A stretch of DNA of 64,000 nt from assembly GCA_049699855.1 (NCBI GenBank), contig JBNAWM010000001.1, positions 62,885 through 126,884 of the forward strand. Direction: 5' to 3'. This stretch comes from Candidatus Cryosericum sp. (GTDB lineage Bacteria; Caldisericota; Caldisericia; Cryosericales; Cryosericaceae). The notes under the pieces were generated by a model, which did no database searches, was not told where the DNA came from, and saw only the letters and a program-made list of their open reading frames with translations. A program made the position numbers and the translations under genes. Shown here one piece after another: positions 20,189-29,577 of the stretch (positions are counted from its first letter, which is position 1; each line of letters starts with the position of its first letter).

Positions 20189-21397
20189 CTACTCCAGAAT
20201 CTTGGTAACGACGCCGGCGCCAACCGTACGCCCACCCTCACGGATGGCGAAGCGGAGGCCTTCCTCCATGGCAATGTGCGTCATGAGGGTCACGGTCATC
20301 ACAACATTGTCACCAGGCATGGCCATTTCCTGACCTTCAGGAAGGGCGATGGAACCGGTCACATCGGTGGTACGGAAGTAGAACTGGGGCTTGTAGCCAG
20401 GGAAGAAGGGCTTGTGACGGCCACCTTCTGCCTGGGACAGGATGTAGACCTGTGCCTCGAACTTTGTGTGCGGAGTGATGGAACCAGGCTTGACAATGAC
20501 CTGTCCACGGCGCACGTCGTCATGCTCGACGCCACGGAGCAGGAGTCCAACGTTGTCGCCTGCCTCGCCATCGTCCAGCAGCTTGTGGAACATCTCGATG
20601 CCGGTGACAACGGTCTTGCGGGTCTCTTCCGAGAGGCCGACGATCTCAACGTTGTCGCCCATCTTGACGATGCCACGCTCAATACGACCGGTAGCAACGG
20701 TGCCACGGCCTGTGATGGTGAACACGTCTTCAACGGCAAGCAGGAAGGGCTTGTCGGTTGGACGGACGGGGGTCGGGATGTAGGAATCGACGGCATCCAT
20801 GAGTTCCCAGATCTTGTCGGTCCACTCGTTCTTGCCACGGGAGCAGTCCCCTTCATACTCCATCGCCTTGAGGGCGGAACCACGGATGATGGGGGTTGCA
20901 TCTCCATCGAAGTCATTCTTCTTCAGGAGATCGCGGACTTCCATCTCGACAAGGTCGATCAGTTCGGGATCATCTACCTGGTCTACCTTGTTGAGGAAGA
21001 CCACGATCCTCGGGACATTGACCTGGTGCGCAAGCAGGAGGTGTTCACGCGTCTGAGGCATGGGGCCCTCGGATGCAGCCACAACGAGAATGGCCCCATC
21101 CATCTGGGCGGCACCGGTGATCATGTTCTTGATGTAATCTGCGTGCCCAGGGCAATCGATGTGCGCATAATGACGCTTCTCGGTTTCATACTCGGCATGG
21201 TGGGCATTGATCGTGACGCCACGGGCCTTCTCTTCCGGTGCGTTGTCGATCTCGTCGTACCGCTTGACCGCCGTATGGCCCAAGGTCGCAAGACACTTCG
21301 TGATCGCAGCCGTCAAGGTCGTCTTGCCATGGTCGACGTGACCGATGGTTCCGATGTTGACGTGCGGCTTGTTACGCTCAAACTTCTCTTTCGCCAT
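20189..21397 (-). CDS. tuf: Elongation factor Tu (tRNA-operon copy)
   Basis: [32 protein letters not shown]. Confidence 0.99.
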   Translation of the reverse strand: MAKEKFERNKPHVNIGTIGHVDHGKTTLTAAITKCLATLGHTAVKRYDEIDNAPEEKARGVTINAHHAEYETEKRHYAHIDCPGHADYIKNMITGAAQMDGAILVVAASEGPMPQTREHLLLAHQVNVPRIVVFLNKVDQVDDPELIDLVEMEVRDLLKKNDFDGDATPIIRGSALKAMEYEGDCSRGKNEWTDKIWELMDAVDSYIPTPVRPTDKPFLLAVEDVFTITGRGTVATGRIERGIVKMGDNVEIVGLSEETRKTVVTGIEMFHKLLDDGEAGDNVGLLLRGVEHDDVRRGQVIVKPGSITPHTKFEAQVYILSQAEGGRHKPFFPGYKPQFYFRTTDVTGSIALPEGQEMAMPGDNVVMTVTLMTHIAMEEGLRFAIREGGRTVGAGVVTKILE

Positions 21398-21410
21398 TAT
21401 AACCTCCCGT
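20189..21410 (-). repeat. Direct repeat copy 1 (tuf plus 13 nt upstream), apparently identical to 43783-45004
   Basis: Same protein, same overlapping alternative-frame ORFs, same RBS region ACGGGAGGTTATA. Confidence 0.93.
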
Positions 21411-21438
21411 GAAATGTGCTCTCACATATACAATAAAG

Positions 21439-21514
21439 TGGAGCCCACGACCAGAATTGAACTGGTGACCTTATCCTTACCAAGGATACGCTCTACCAAC
21501 TGAGCTACATGGGC
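21439..21514 (-). tRNA. tRNA-Thr (GGT)
   Basis: GCCCATG..CTTGGTAAG..GTTCAATT..CGTGGGCTCCA. Confidence 0.97.
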
Positions 21515-21515
21515 T

Positions 21516-21592
<77 letters not shown>

Positions 21593-21635
21593 TTCCTTGC
21601 TGTCCCGGTGCATGAGCACACAGACAGCACTATGT

Positions 21636-21663
21636 ATACTACTCGAAAAGCACAAGAAGTCAA
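21636..21663 (-). promoter_or_regulatory. sigma70-type promoter for tRNA-fMet/tRNA-Thr/tuf
   Basis: TTGACT-N16-TAGTAT. Confidence 0.65.
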
Positions 21664-21821
21664 TCTCTATCGGAGCACCAGACGCTCCGCAGGAGGTCTT
21701 GAACGTGATCGCCACTCGAGTGATTTTCGCCTGATCAATGCAGGGAGTCCGACTCCCATCAAACACAGTGGCATGTTGAGGGATTCTTTCACTCGCATTG
21801 GCAGTGCTCCAGTCAAAACAA

Positions 21822-21896
21822 TGGAGCGGGAAACGGGATTCGAACCCGCGACAACCTGCTTGGAAGGCAGGGGCTCTACCACTGAGCTATTCCCGC
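21822..21896 (-). tRNA. tRNA-Gly (TCC)
   Basis: GCGGGAA..CTTCCAA..GTTCGAAT..TTCCCGCTCCA. Confidence 0.97.
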
Positions 21897-21904
21897 CAGT
21901 GCAA

Positions 21905-21989
21905 TGGTGGGCAGGGAGGGATTCGAACCCCCGTAGGCATTGCCAACAGATTTACAGTCTGCCGCCATTAACCACTCGGCCACCTACCC
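21905..21989 (-). tRNA. tRNA-Tyr (GTA)
   Basis: GGGTAGG..CTGTAAA, long variable arm, CCTGCCCACCA. Confidence 0.97.
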
Positions 21990-21993
21990 ACAC

Positions 21994-22069
21994 TGGAGCC
22001 GACGACCCGAATTGAACGGGTGACCAGTTGATTACAAATCAACCGCTCTACCAGCTGAGCTACGTCGGC
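21994..22069 (-). tRNA. tRNA-Thr (TGT)
   Basis: GCCGACG..TTTGTAA..GTTCAATT..CGTCGGCTCCA. Confidence 0.97.
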
Positions 22070-22082
22070 CTGCATCGAAGTA

Positions 22083-22110
22083 AGTATAGGTGCAAAGCCT
22101 CCTCTGTCAA
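22083..22110 (-). promoter_or_regulatory. sigma70-type promoter of the Thr-Tyr-Gly tRNA operon
   Basis: TTGACA-N16-TATACT ending 13 nt upstream of tRNA-Thr. Confidence 0.82.
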
Positions 22111-22129
22111 GCTTTGAAGCGGGAATGGC

Positions 22130-22678
22130 CTATGACAGAGCTCTTCCCAGTTTCCGTCTTGCGCGCGCAAGCGCATTGGAGACCGATGCCTTGGTCATCT
22201 TCAGCTCGTCCGCGATAGCCCCAAGGCTTTCGCCAGAAAGATGCTTCTCGAAGCAGGCTCGCTCCGCATCGCTCAGTGTACTGGCAAGCGCCACCATGTC
22301 TGCCAGTTCAGATTCTGCTGGATCCGCGCTGGATGCACCCTCTTTTCTGTCAAGGTCAGCGGACAGCTCGACGCGGGAGCTGTGCGTCCGACGAACCATG
22401 TCAATGAGCCGGTGAGAAGCGACCAATGCCACATAGCTGTCCAGGCTTCCACGGTGAACATCGTAGGTTCGGACGGCATGGAGAAAACCCAGTACTGCTT
22501 CGGCTAGACAGTCATCGTGCTCGTTTCCCTCCGCACAGTACTTGTGGGCCACAAATTTCAGCAGGGGCATATAGACGCCGAGCAACTCCTCGAATGCAGC
22601 TTCGTCGCCCTCCAGAAAGCGGCGCCTCAGCCGTTCCACATTGTCGGGCGAACGGTCACTCCTAGAAGTCGATGGCAC
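22130..22678 (-). CDS. sigH: SigH-like alternative sigma factor (regions 2 and 4)
   Basis: Region 2 (YMPLLKFVAHKY..EAVLGFLHAV) and region 4 (GESLGAIADELKMTKASVSNALARARRKL); cysS-rlmB-sigH synteny as in Firmicutes. Confidence 0.72.
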   Translation of the reverse strand: MPSTSRSDRSPDNVERLRRRFLEGDEAAFEELLGVYMPLLKFVAHKYCAEGNEHDDCLAEAVLGFLHAVRTYDVHRGSLDSYVALVASHRLIDMVRRTHSSRVELSADLDRKEGASSADPAESELADMVALASTLSDAERACFEKHLSGESLGAIADELKMTKASVSNALARARRKLGRALS

Positions 22679-23417
22679 GGAAGAGCACGACAGCCAGTGC
22701 GGTCGACACGTTCAACGACTCAACGCCTGGCCTCATCGGAATCGTGACGAAGAAATCTACATTCTTGCGCGTGAGGTCACGCATCCCCGAGCCCTCACTG
22801 CCGACCACAAAAGCAGAGGGATGGGCATACTTCTCCTTCCGATAGTCGACACCACCTTCCACGTCCAGACCGTACAGCCAATACCCTTCTTTCTTGAGCC
22901 TTTCCATGGCGTAGGCCAGATTCGCCACCACAGCAATCGGCAGGCCAAAGATCGTCCCCGCAGATGCGGAGACGGCTGCCGGCGAAAATGGGCTCGTGCG
23001 GTCCTTTGTCACAACAAGCCCACCTGCCCGAGCAGCGGCTGCAACACGAACGATGGCGCCCAGATTGTGCGGATCTGTCACCTGATCGACCAGAACGATA
23101 GTGCGCTGGGCAGGGACGGCGGGCATTGCGCCCATCAAGGCGTTCATGTCGAGCAGGCGCACCTTGTCACATTGAGCGGCCACGCCTTGGTGTGGAACGT
23201 CTCCAAGGCTCTTCTGAAACCACGATCCAACCTTGTACTCCATGGTCACTCGCCGTCGTGAAGCCTCGTCCTTGATCATGCGGATACGGTCGTCCTTGTC
23301 AGTTCCAGCTTCAAAGATGATCTTCTCGATTGGATGCCCAGCAGTCAGCGCTCCGAGCACGGCGTTTTTGCCGTAGACCAGCATGCCTTCGGGTCTTGCT
23401 CTCTCAATATTAGCCAT
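22662..23417 (-). CDS. rlmB: 23S rRNA (Gm2251) 2'-O-methyltransferase, SPOUT family
   Basis: HQGVAA, VTDPHNLGAIVR, VGSEGSG, ESLNVS; follows cysS. Confidence 0.93.
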   Translation of the reverse strand: MANIERARPEGMLVYGKNAVLGALTAGHPIEKIIFEAGTDKDDRIRMIKDEASRRRVTMEYKVGSWFQKSLGDVPHQGVAAQCDKVRLLDMNALMGAMPAVPAQRTIVLVDQVTDPHNLGAIVRVAAAARAGGLVVTKDRTSPFSPAAVSASAGTIFGLPIAVVANLAYAMERLKKEGYWLYGLDVEGGVDYRKEKYAHPSAFVVGSEGSGMRDLTRKNVDFFVTIPMRPGVESLNVSTALAVVLFRAIDF

Positions 23418-24888
23418 GGATTCGATACCTCGCTCCATCTACACCGTCCTCAAGAGCAATACCAATACCTCTGAGGCGCTCCCTGATGTCGTCTGCCAAT
23501 GCATACTGCCCTGCGTCGCGAGCGCCCTTCCTCTTTGCGATAATGGCGTTGAGGAGATCAACGGCAGAACCCTGATCATCCCAAACTGCGTCCACCTCTT
23601 GAGCAATGACGGCCAAGTCGGACCGTCTGCTCGCCAGCAGAGCCATTTTGTTCTTGACATACTCCCCCGTCTGGTCCAAACCCAGCACCCAGAGAGCCGA
23701 CCGAAACGTCTTCAGAGCAGATGAGGCCTTCAGCAGTTCAGAAGGATCCTCAGCCATCATCCGGCGAACACGCGTCATAAACTCATAGATTGCAGCCAGC
23801 GCCCGCGAGGTGTTCAGATTTTCGGCGAGGGCAGCATCGAATTCTTTCATGAAAAGCCCGCAGACGTCCCACTCCGCCTCAACACCCGCGCCGGAAGAAT
23901 TCACCAGCCCTTCAAGAAACGTCTCGAACTCCGCCATGCGTTCGTAACTCAAGAATGCCTGACCCATGCCGCCAAGACTGAATTTGAGTGGTTTCTCGTA
24001 CGACGTCTGGAGAAGATACAGCCGGATGACCTGCCCGGGATACTGCTTCAGCAGCTCTCGTACCGTCATGACGTTGCCAAGAGATTTCGACATCTTCTCG
24101 GCACCCATGTTCACCATCCCGGAGTGCATCCAGTAGCGAACGAATTCCTTTCCTGGAAAAGCAGCTTCGCTTTGCGCGATCTCGTTCTCGTGATGTGGAA
24201 AAATGAGGTCTTCTCCTCCGCCATGAATGTCAAACCCATCGCCAAGATACCTGAGGCTCATGGCCGAACACTCAATATGCCAGCCTGGACGACCCCTTCC
24301 CCATGGACTTTCCCACGATATCTCACCGGGTTTCGCCAGTTTCCAGAGAGCAAAATCCAGCGGATCATCCTTTGCTTCGTTGACCTCGATGCGCGCTCCG
24401 CTTCTCAGTTCATCGACAGATCGTCCCGAGAGCCTTCCATAGTGGCCAAACTTGCGAACACTGAAATAGACCCCATCGGAAGAGACATAGCCGTAACCGT
24501 TTGCCACGATCCGACTGATGAGGTCGATGATGTCGGGGATACTTTCGGAGACCCTTGGTGTTACATCCGGGAGAAGCACATTCAGCGCCGCCATATCCTC
24601 CACGTACTCGCCAATGTAACGGTTAGAGAGGTCGAGAGGTGCAATCCCCTCAACCTGCGCCCGTTGGATGATCTTGTCATCGATGTCCGTGTAGTTGCTC
24701 ACGTAGGTGACCTTGTAGCCCGCGTGCTGAAGATACCGCCGGAGCAGATCATAGACGACAGCAGTGCGTGCGTGCCCGACATGAGCGGATGCGTAGGGAG
24801 TGACTCCACAAACGTACATCGCAATCTTGCCTGGATCGCGTGGAACGAGCTCCAGTGTCTTGCGCCTCAACGTATCATGGATTTTCAT
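23410..24888 (-). CDS. cysS: Cysteine--tRNA ligase
   Basis: [36 protein letters not shown]. Confidence 0.99.
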   Translation of the reverse strand: MKIHDTLRRKTLELVPRDPGKIAMYVCGVTPYASAHVGHARTAVVYDLLRRYLQHAGYKVTYVSNYTDIDDKIIQRAQVEGIAPLDLSNRYIGEYVEDMAALNVLLPDVTPRVSESIPDIIDLISRIVANGYGYVSSDGVYFSVRKFGHYGRLSGRSVDELRSGARIEVNEAKDDPLDFALWKLAKPGEISWESPWGRGRPGWHIECSAMSLRYLGDGFDIHGGGEDLIFPHHENEIAQSEAAFPGKEFVRYWMHSGMVNMGAEKMSKSLGNVMTVRELLKQYPGQVIRLYLLQTSYEKPLKFSLGGMGQAFLSYERMAEFETFLEGLVNSSGAGVEAEWDVCGLFMKEFDAALAENLNTSRALAAIYEFMTRVRRMMAEDPSELLKASSALKTFRSALWVLGLDQTGEYVKNKMALLASRRSDLAVIAQEVDAVWDDQGSAVDLLNAIIAKRKGARDAGQYALADDIRERLRGIGIALEDGVDGARYRIHG

Positions 24889-24929
24889 AGTTTCTTCTCG
24901 GTACCTCCTGAGCGTATCTACAGGGTATC

Positions 24930-24962
24930 AAAAAAGGCAGCAGGTGCAAATGGCCTGCTGCC
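24930..24962 (-). terminator. Intrinsic terminator after rpsI
   Basis: GGCAGCAGG-9nt-CCTGCTGCC followed by TTTTTT. Confidence 0.88.
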
Positions 24963-24986
24963 CCGTACGTACAAGAATGAACCGTA

Positions 24987-25379
24987 CTAACGCTTTCTGT
25001 ACTGGGTTGCCTTGCGAGCTCCAAGAAGACCGTACTTCTTCCGCTCTTTGATACGGGCATCGCGCGTAAGAAGTCTCGCCTTTTTCAGAACTGGCTTGTT
25101 TTCAGGGTTCTGCTCGACAAGCGCACGGGCAATACCATGACGGACTGCCTCAGCCTGACCGTTGAATCCTCCACCCGCAACACTCACAATGGCGTCGAAT
25201 GCGGGAGTTCCTCCCATGACATTGAATGCAGCCATGGTCTTCATGGATACTGTCTGCACTGGAAAGTACACATCGGCAGGCTTGCCATTGATAATAATCT
25301 TTCCCGTCCCAGGAACGAGATGAACTCGCGCGACGGCCGTCTTCCTCTTGCCTGTTCCCCAAATCTGAGTGGTTGCCAT
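24987..25379 (-). CDS. rpsI: 30S ribosomal protein S9
   Basis: GTGKRKTAVARV, C-terminal QYRKR. Confidence 0.99.
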   Translation of the reverse strand: MATTQIWGTGKRKTAVARVHLVPGTGKIIINGKPADVYFPVQTVSMKTMAAFNVMGGTPAFDAIVSVAGGGFNGQAEAVRHGIARALVEQNPENKPVLKKARLLTRDARIKERKKYGLLGARKATQYRKR

Positions 25380-25390
25380 GGCATCCTCCC

Positions 25391-25822
25391 CTAGTTGACT
25401 TTCAGCTCAACAGGCTGTTGAGCCTGATGAGGATGCTCTGGACCCTGATAAACACGCAAATTGCTCAAGAGCTCCTTGCCCAATGTGTTTTTGGGCAGCA
25501 TACCGCGAACAACTCGCTTCAGCAGAAAGTCCGACCGCGTCTCAAGCATCTTGTTCCAGTTCGTTGCCTTCAGGCCACCCGGATAAAATGAGTGGTGATA
25601 ATGCATCGTTTGCGTGCCCTTCTTTGGCTCGATTGCCATCTTCGATGCATTGATAACAATGACATTGTCCCCAACCATAGCATTCGGAGTAAACTCGGGC
25701 CTGTCCTTGCCACGAAGAATATTGGCAATGACCACAGCAAGCCGACCAACACTCTGATCCGTAGCATCAATGAGAATCCAGCGACGCGTTACCGTCTCCG
25801 GTCGAAAAAACGTTGTCTTCAT
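25391..25822 (-). CDS. rplM: 50S ribosomal protein L13
   Basis: WILIDA..VGRLA, VRGMLPKN, HPHQAQQP. Confidence 0.99.
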   Translation of the reverse strand: MKTTFFRPETVTRRWILIDATDQSVGRLAVVIANILRGKDRPEFTPNAMVGDNVIVINASKMAIEPKKGTQTMHYHHSFYPGGLKATNWNKMLETRSDFLLKRVVRGMLPKNTLGKELLSNLRVYQGPEHPHQAQQPVELKVN

Positions 25823-25849
25823 TCATATCCTCCTGGTAAATTCTTTACT

Positions 25850-25877
25850 AGAATACCATAAACGCGCGATTAGTCAA
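25850..25877 (-). promoter_or_regulatory. sigma70-type promoter of rplM-rpsI
   Basis: TTGACT-N16-TATTCT with extended -10 TG. Confidence 0.75.
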
Positions 25878-25957
25878 CGCCTGAAGCAGCGATGAAGTGT
25901 GACCGGTTGTCCGGAGAGGGTTCGGGCAATCGAGGCACCCACTTCTTGCGCCTGCAG

Positions 25958-26713
25958 TCAAGCATAGTCAACTCCGACCAGATACAGCCCTCCGGCGGCT
26001 ATCACCTGTCGCGTATAGGGGACGTCGGGAGCCAGGAATACGTTGTTCCAGACGTCCTCTCCAATCTTTCCCTGACCGGCCTTGAGAACGAAATACGCCA
26101 TCCGCCGCACCATGTGGTACAGGAAGTGGTCCCCTGTCACCAGGATGATAACAGCTCTGCTGGTCTCAACAACCTCTATACTCCTGATCGTGCATTTCGT
26201 GTCACGGTGGGGTCTGCTGGGATCAACATTGCCAAACCTTGAGAAATCGTGCAGTCCAAGAAAAGTGCGCGCAGCGGCATTCATGGCTCCCACATTAACA
26301 GGATAGTCCAGCCGATATCCATAGCGAGCAAGAAACGGACTCCATCTCCCATTCTTGATAAAAACATAGGCATATGTCTTGCTCGTCGTCGAGAAGCGTG
26401 CGCTGAAGTTGCTGTCGGTGCGGGCACACCTCAAGATTGTAATCCATGGTGGCATCATGAGAGGCAATCGACGCTCGACTCGTTCAAAGAGAGCATCATC
26501 TTTCAAGACGAAGCTCACCACGTTGTGAAGCGCGTGGACCCCGCGATCCGTCCGAGAAGCTCCAACAACCGGAATGAATGAACCAGACACAGCTTTGAGG
26601 GCTGCTTCGATGGTCCCCTGCACACTTACAAGCGATTCCTGCTTCTGAAACCCGTATGCAAAGGAGCCATCATACGAGATGTCCAGGCGGACCGCTACAG
26701 GAACAGACGCCAC
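25958..26713 (-). CDS. truA: tRNA pseudouridine(38-40) synthase
   Basis: ISYDGS..GFQKQ, ASRTDRGVHA, HFLYHMVR. Confidence 0.95.
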   Translation of the reverse strand: MASVPVAVRLDISYDGSFAYGFQKQESLVSVQGTIEAALKAVSGSFIPVVGASRTDRGVHALHNVVSFVLKDDALFERVERRLPLMMPPWITILRCARTDSNFSARFSTTSKTYAYVFIKNGRWSPFLARYGYRLDYPVNVGAMNAAARTFLGLHDFSRFGNVDPSRPHRDTKCTIRSIEVVETSRAVIILVTGDHFLYHMVRRMAYFVLKAGQGKIGEDVWNNVFLAPDVPYTRQVIAAGGLYLVGVDYA

Positions 26714-27501
26714 AGGATCACTCCAGCCACAGCTGCCGCTGTGCCAGCGAGAATAAAGGTATCCGATCGTCGGAAATGACGTTCATGGTATCTCGTCCGG
26801 GGACTGCCCACACGAAATCCTCGAGCCTCCATCGCCACCGCCAGGTCATCAGCTCTCCGAAACGACGACACAAACAAAGGAATCAAGATCGGGACAAAGC
26901 TCTTCATGCGCGACACGATACTTCCTTCACCGATGTGTGCCCCGCGTGAGACCTGAGCACGTATGATCCGTTCTGTTTCCTCCAGGATCGTCGGCACAAA
27001 ACGCATCGCGATGCTCATAACCAGAGCAATCTCTGCGGATGGCACACCGATGCGGTTCAGCGGCTTCAGCAGATCGGAAACAGCATCGGTCAATTCAATG
27101 GGCGACGTGCTTGCAGTGAGCAGGACACTCACGAGCGTCAACAGAATCAGCCTGCACATGATGAATCCAGCCAGTTCCAAACCTTCCCGCGTGACACGAA
27201 CGAAAGCGAATCGCCAGATCACAGTGCCAGGTGTGAAAAATGCCTGTACGGCGACTGTCAGAACAATCAAGAAAAGGATGGGTTTCAGTCCTCGGACAAA
27301 GAAACGAAGAGGAATGTGGGAAGACACCATGCCGAGCAGCACAAGCAGAGCAATCGGAACATACTCGACGGTCCTGGTTGCCACAAAGATCCCCACCATG
27401 AGAACAATGGTCGCGATGAGCTTGACCAAGGCACCGGACCGATGCACCATAGACGTACCCGGATAATGCTGACCCAGGACGAAACTGCTGGAAAGAGCCA
27501 C
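26695..27501 (-). CDS. ecfT: ECF transporter transmembrane component T
   Basis: IAMRFVPT, QVSRG and MEARG (two conserved X-R-X motifs). Confidence 0.95.
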   Translation of the reverse strand: MALSSSFVLGQHYPGTSMVHRSGALVKLIATIVLMVGIFVATRTVEYVPIALLVLLGMVSSHIPLRFFVRGLKPILFLIVLTVAVQAFFTPGTVIWRFAFVRVTREGLELAGFIMCRLILLTLVSVLLTASTSPIELTDAVSDLLKPLNRIGVPSAEIALVMSIAMRFVPTILEETERIIRAQVSRGAHIGEGSIVSRMKSFVPILIPLFVSSFRRADDLAVAMEARGFRVGSPRTRYHERHFRRSDTFILAGTAAAVAGVILWRLFL

Positions 27502-28364
27502 TACCGTTCACCCGTTCCTGTCACAGCCATCCGCAGAGATTCGAGAAGTCGGTCGGTGGAGCCTTCATTCACCATGAGCTGGCTTCCACACTGGCGGAGA
27601 GACTGGGCAAGTCGATAACTCTCTGGAAGCTCCAATCCTGTCTGTGCCACAAGCGAGGTGTCCTGAAAAAAGACAGTGCTCGGCCCGTCGAAAGCAACGG
27701 TTCCCTTGTCCAGGACAACCACCTGACTGCAGAACTCAGCCACTTCGTCCATGTTGTGCGAAACCAGAATGATCGTGACGCCAGCATTCTGGCGCAGCGA
27801 CTGCAGTTCCGCCAGAACAGCAAGTTTTGAGCGAGAGTCAAGCCCCGCCGTAGGCTCATCAAGAACCAAATACTTCTGACCCATTGCTATCACAGAAGCA
27901 ATCGCGACACGGCGCTGTTCTCCTCCACTCAACTGAAACGGCGAAAGTGGCAGGAACCGGTCAGCGTCCAGCCCCACGATGGCCATTGCCTTGTGGACAC
28001 TCTCAAGAGTCTGCTCCTCAGTGAAGCCAAAATTCCGGCAGCCAAACGCCACTTCTTCAAAAATAGTCTCCGCAAAGAATTGATCCTCTGGGTACTGAAA
28101 GACGATCCCGACCTTGCGGCGTATTCTTGCCAGGACAGCCCGGTTGTTGGTGACGACCTCGCCATCAACGCTGACCTCGCCATGGCTGGCAAACAGCAGC
28201 CCATTCAGATGCTCAACCAGTGTCGACTTTCCTGAACCGGTCCTTCCGACGATGCCGACAAATGCGCCATCTCCGATGTGAAGATTGATGCCTCTCAAGG
28301 CGAAAAACTCGAAGGGCTCACCACTGTCGTAGACGTAGTCGACGTTTTTCAGCTCAATGGACAC
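27501..28364 (-). CDS. ecfA2: ECF transporter ATPase A2
   Basis: GRTGSGKST, VFQYPEDQFF, LSGGEQRRVAIA, LDEPTAGLD; GTG start at 28364. Confidence 0.95.
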   Translation of the reverse strand: MSIELKNVDYVYDSGEPFEFFALRGINLHIGDGAFVGIVGRTGSGKSTLVEHLNGLLFASHGEVSVDGEVVTNNRAVLARIRRKVGIVFQYPEDQFFAETIFEEVAFGCRNFGFTEEQTLESVHKAMAIVGLDADRFLPLSPFQLSGGEQRRVAIASVIAMGQKYLVLDEPTAGLDSRSKLAVLAELQSLRQNAGVTIILVSHNMDEVAEFCSQVVVLDKGTVAFDGPSTVFFQDTSLVAQTGLELPESYRLAQSLRQCGSQLMVNEGSTDRLLESLRMAVTGTGER

Positions 28365-29173
28365 GCTGCCCTCGCAAATTCGTCCGGAGTCAGACACAGC
28401 GGGAACAAAGGCCAGCGCTGCTGCATGACAGAAGATGCCCGAGCGCTCAAGGGAAGAACGAGATCCCCGGCTTGGACGACCTGTGCATTGCTGAACACCG
28501 ACCGGGGGGTATCCCATGCGATGACTGCGCCCTCTGCAAGCACGCCGACACGCGATGAAACAAGAACTTCGTCCAGGAGATGCGTCACAATGACGATTCC
28601 TATGCCCAGCTCGCTGTTCAAGCGCAGTACGGTCTGAAACACCTCGCGCCGATTGGTCGGATCCAAGAGTGACGTTGCCTCGTCCAGAATGAGGAACGAT
28701 GGCTTCATGGCCAGAACGCCAGCGATGGCCACTTTCTGCTTCTGACCACCCGAAAGACGATGGGGAGGATAGTCCCGAAACTGCTCCAGTCCCAGCAATC
28801 TCAGAGTATCGTCGACACGCGAGACCATCTCGGCGTGAGGCAGTTCAAGGTTCTCGAGGCCAAAAGCAATGTCATCCTCGACGGTGGTTGCAACCAATTG
28901 ATTGTCGGGGTTCTGAAATACCAGGCCTACGTCCAGTCCCGGCCGAACGTCGACGGCACTGCTCAGGTCTGTTGAACGTGAGACACGAACGCTGCCGGAC
29001 GTCGGACGCAAAAGCCCGCTGGCAAGGCGGGCTAGGGTACTCTTGCCGGAGCCATTGGGCCCGACAACAGCCGAAATCGATCCATCCGGCAACTCCAAAT
29101 CTATGTCACGAAGGATCTGCACAGCCCCCGCTGAGGTCTCGATATGATACGAGACCTTGCTGAGAACGAGCAT
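28349..29173 (-). CDS. ecfA1: ECF transporter ATPase A1
   Basis: GPNGSGKST, VFQNPDNQ, LSGGQKQKVAIAG, LDEATSLLDP. Confidence 0.95.
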   Translation of the reverse strand: MLVLSKVSYHIETSAGAVQILRDIDLELPDGSISAVVGPNGSGKSTLARLASGLLRPTSGSVRVSRSTDLSSAVDVRPGLDVGLVFQNPDNQLVATTVEDDIAFGLENLELPHAEMVSRVDDTLRLLGLEQFRDYPPHRLSGGQKQKVAIAGVLAMKPSFLILDEATSLLDPTNRREVFQTVLRLNSELGIGIVIVTHLLDEVLVSSRVGVLAEGAVIAWDTPRSVFSNAQVVQAGDLVLPLSARASSVMQQRWPLFPLCLTPDEFARAACPLS

Positions 29174-29530
29174 CTACTTCTCGACGAACTCCAGAATTGC
29201 CAACTCCGCTGCATCGCCTTTGCGATACCCGGTCTTGATGATGCGCAGGTAGCCACCGGGACGAGTGATGTAGCGATCCTTCGTCAATTTGAAAGCTTCA
29301 TCGACAGCTTCGGGAGTCAACAAGAACGCATGCAGCTTGCGCCGCGTCGTCAGATTGTCAACCTTCGCAGTCGTAATCAGCTTCTCCACAACACGCTTCA
29401 CCGATTTGGCGCGAGTAATGGTCGTTTCGATGCGTCCTTTCTCAACGAGTGAAGTCGAGAGATTCCGCAGCATCATGCTGCGCAGGCCGCTATATACGCC
29501 AAGCTTCTTCAGCTTTCTTCCATGTGTCAT
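29174..29530 (-). CDS. rplQ: 50S ribosomal protein L17
   Basis: IETTITRAK, RPGGYLRIIK..RKGDAA. Confidence 0.98.
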   Translation of the reverse strand: MTHGRKLKKLGVYSGLRSMMLRNLSTSLVEKGRIETTITRAKSVKRVVEKLITTAKVDNLTTRRKLHAFLLTPEAVDEAFKLTKDRYITRPGGYLRIIKTGYRKGDAAELAILEFVEK

Positions 29531-29577
29531 AGCAAAAATACTCCTCTCGTTACGTTTGCGTCCCCTGAGGTGGCGCG

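Noticed and set aside
26695-29173. ECF module without an S-component
   Set aside because: rplQ-ecfA1-ecfA2-ecfT-truA is the ordinary group II ECF arrangement; S-components are encoded elsewhere.
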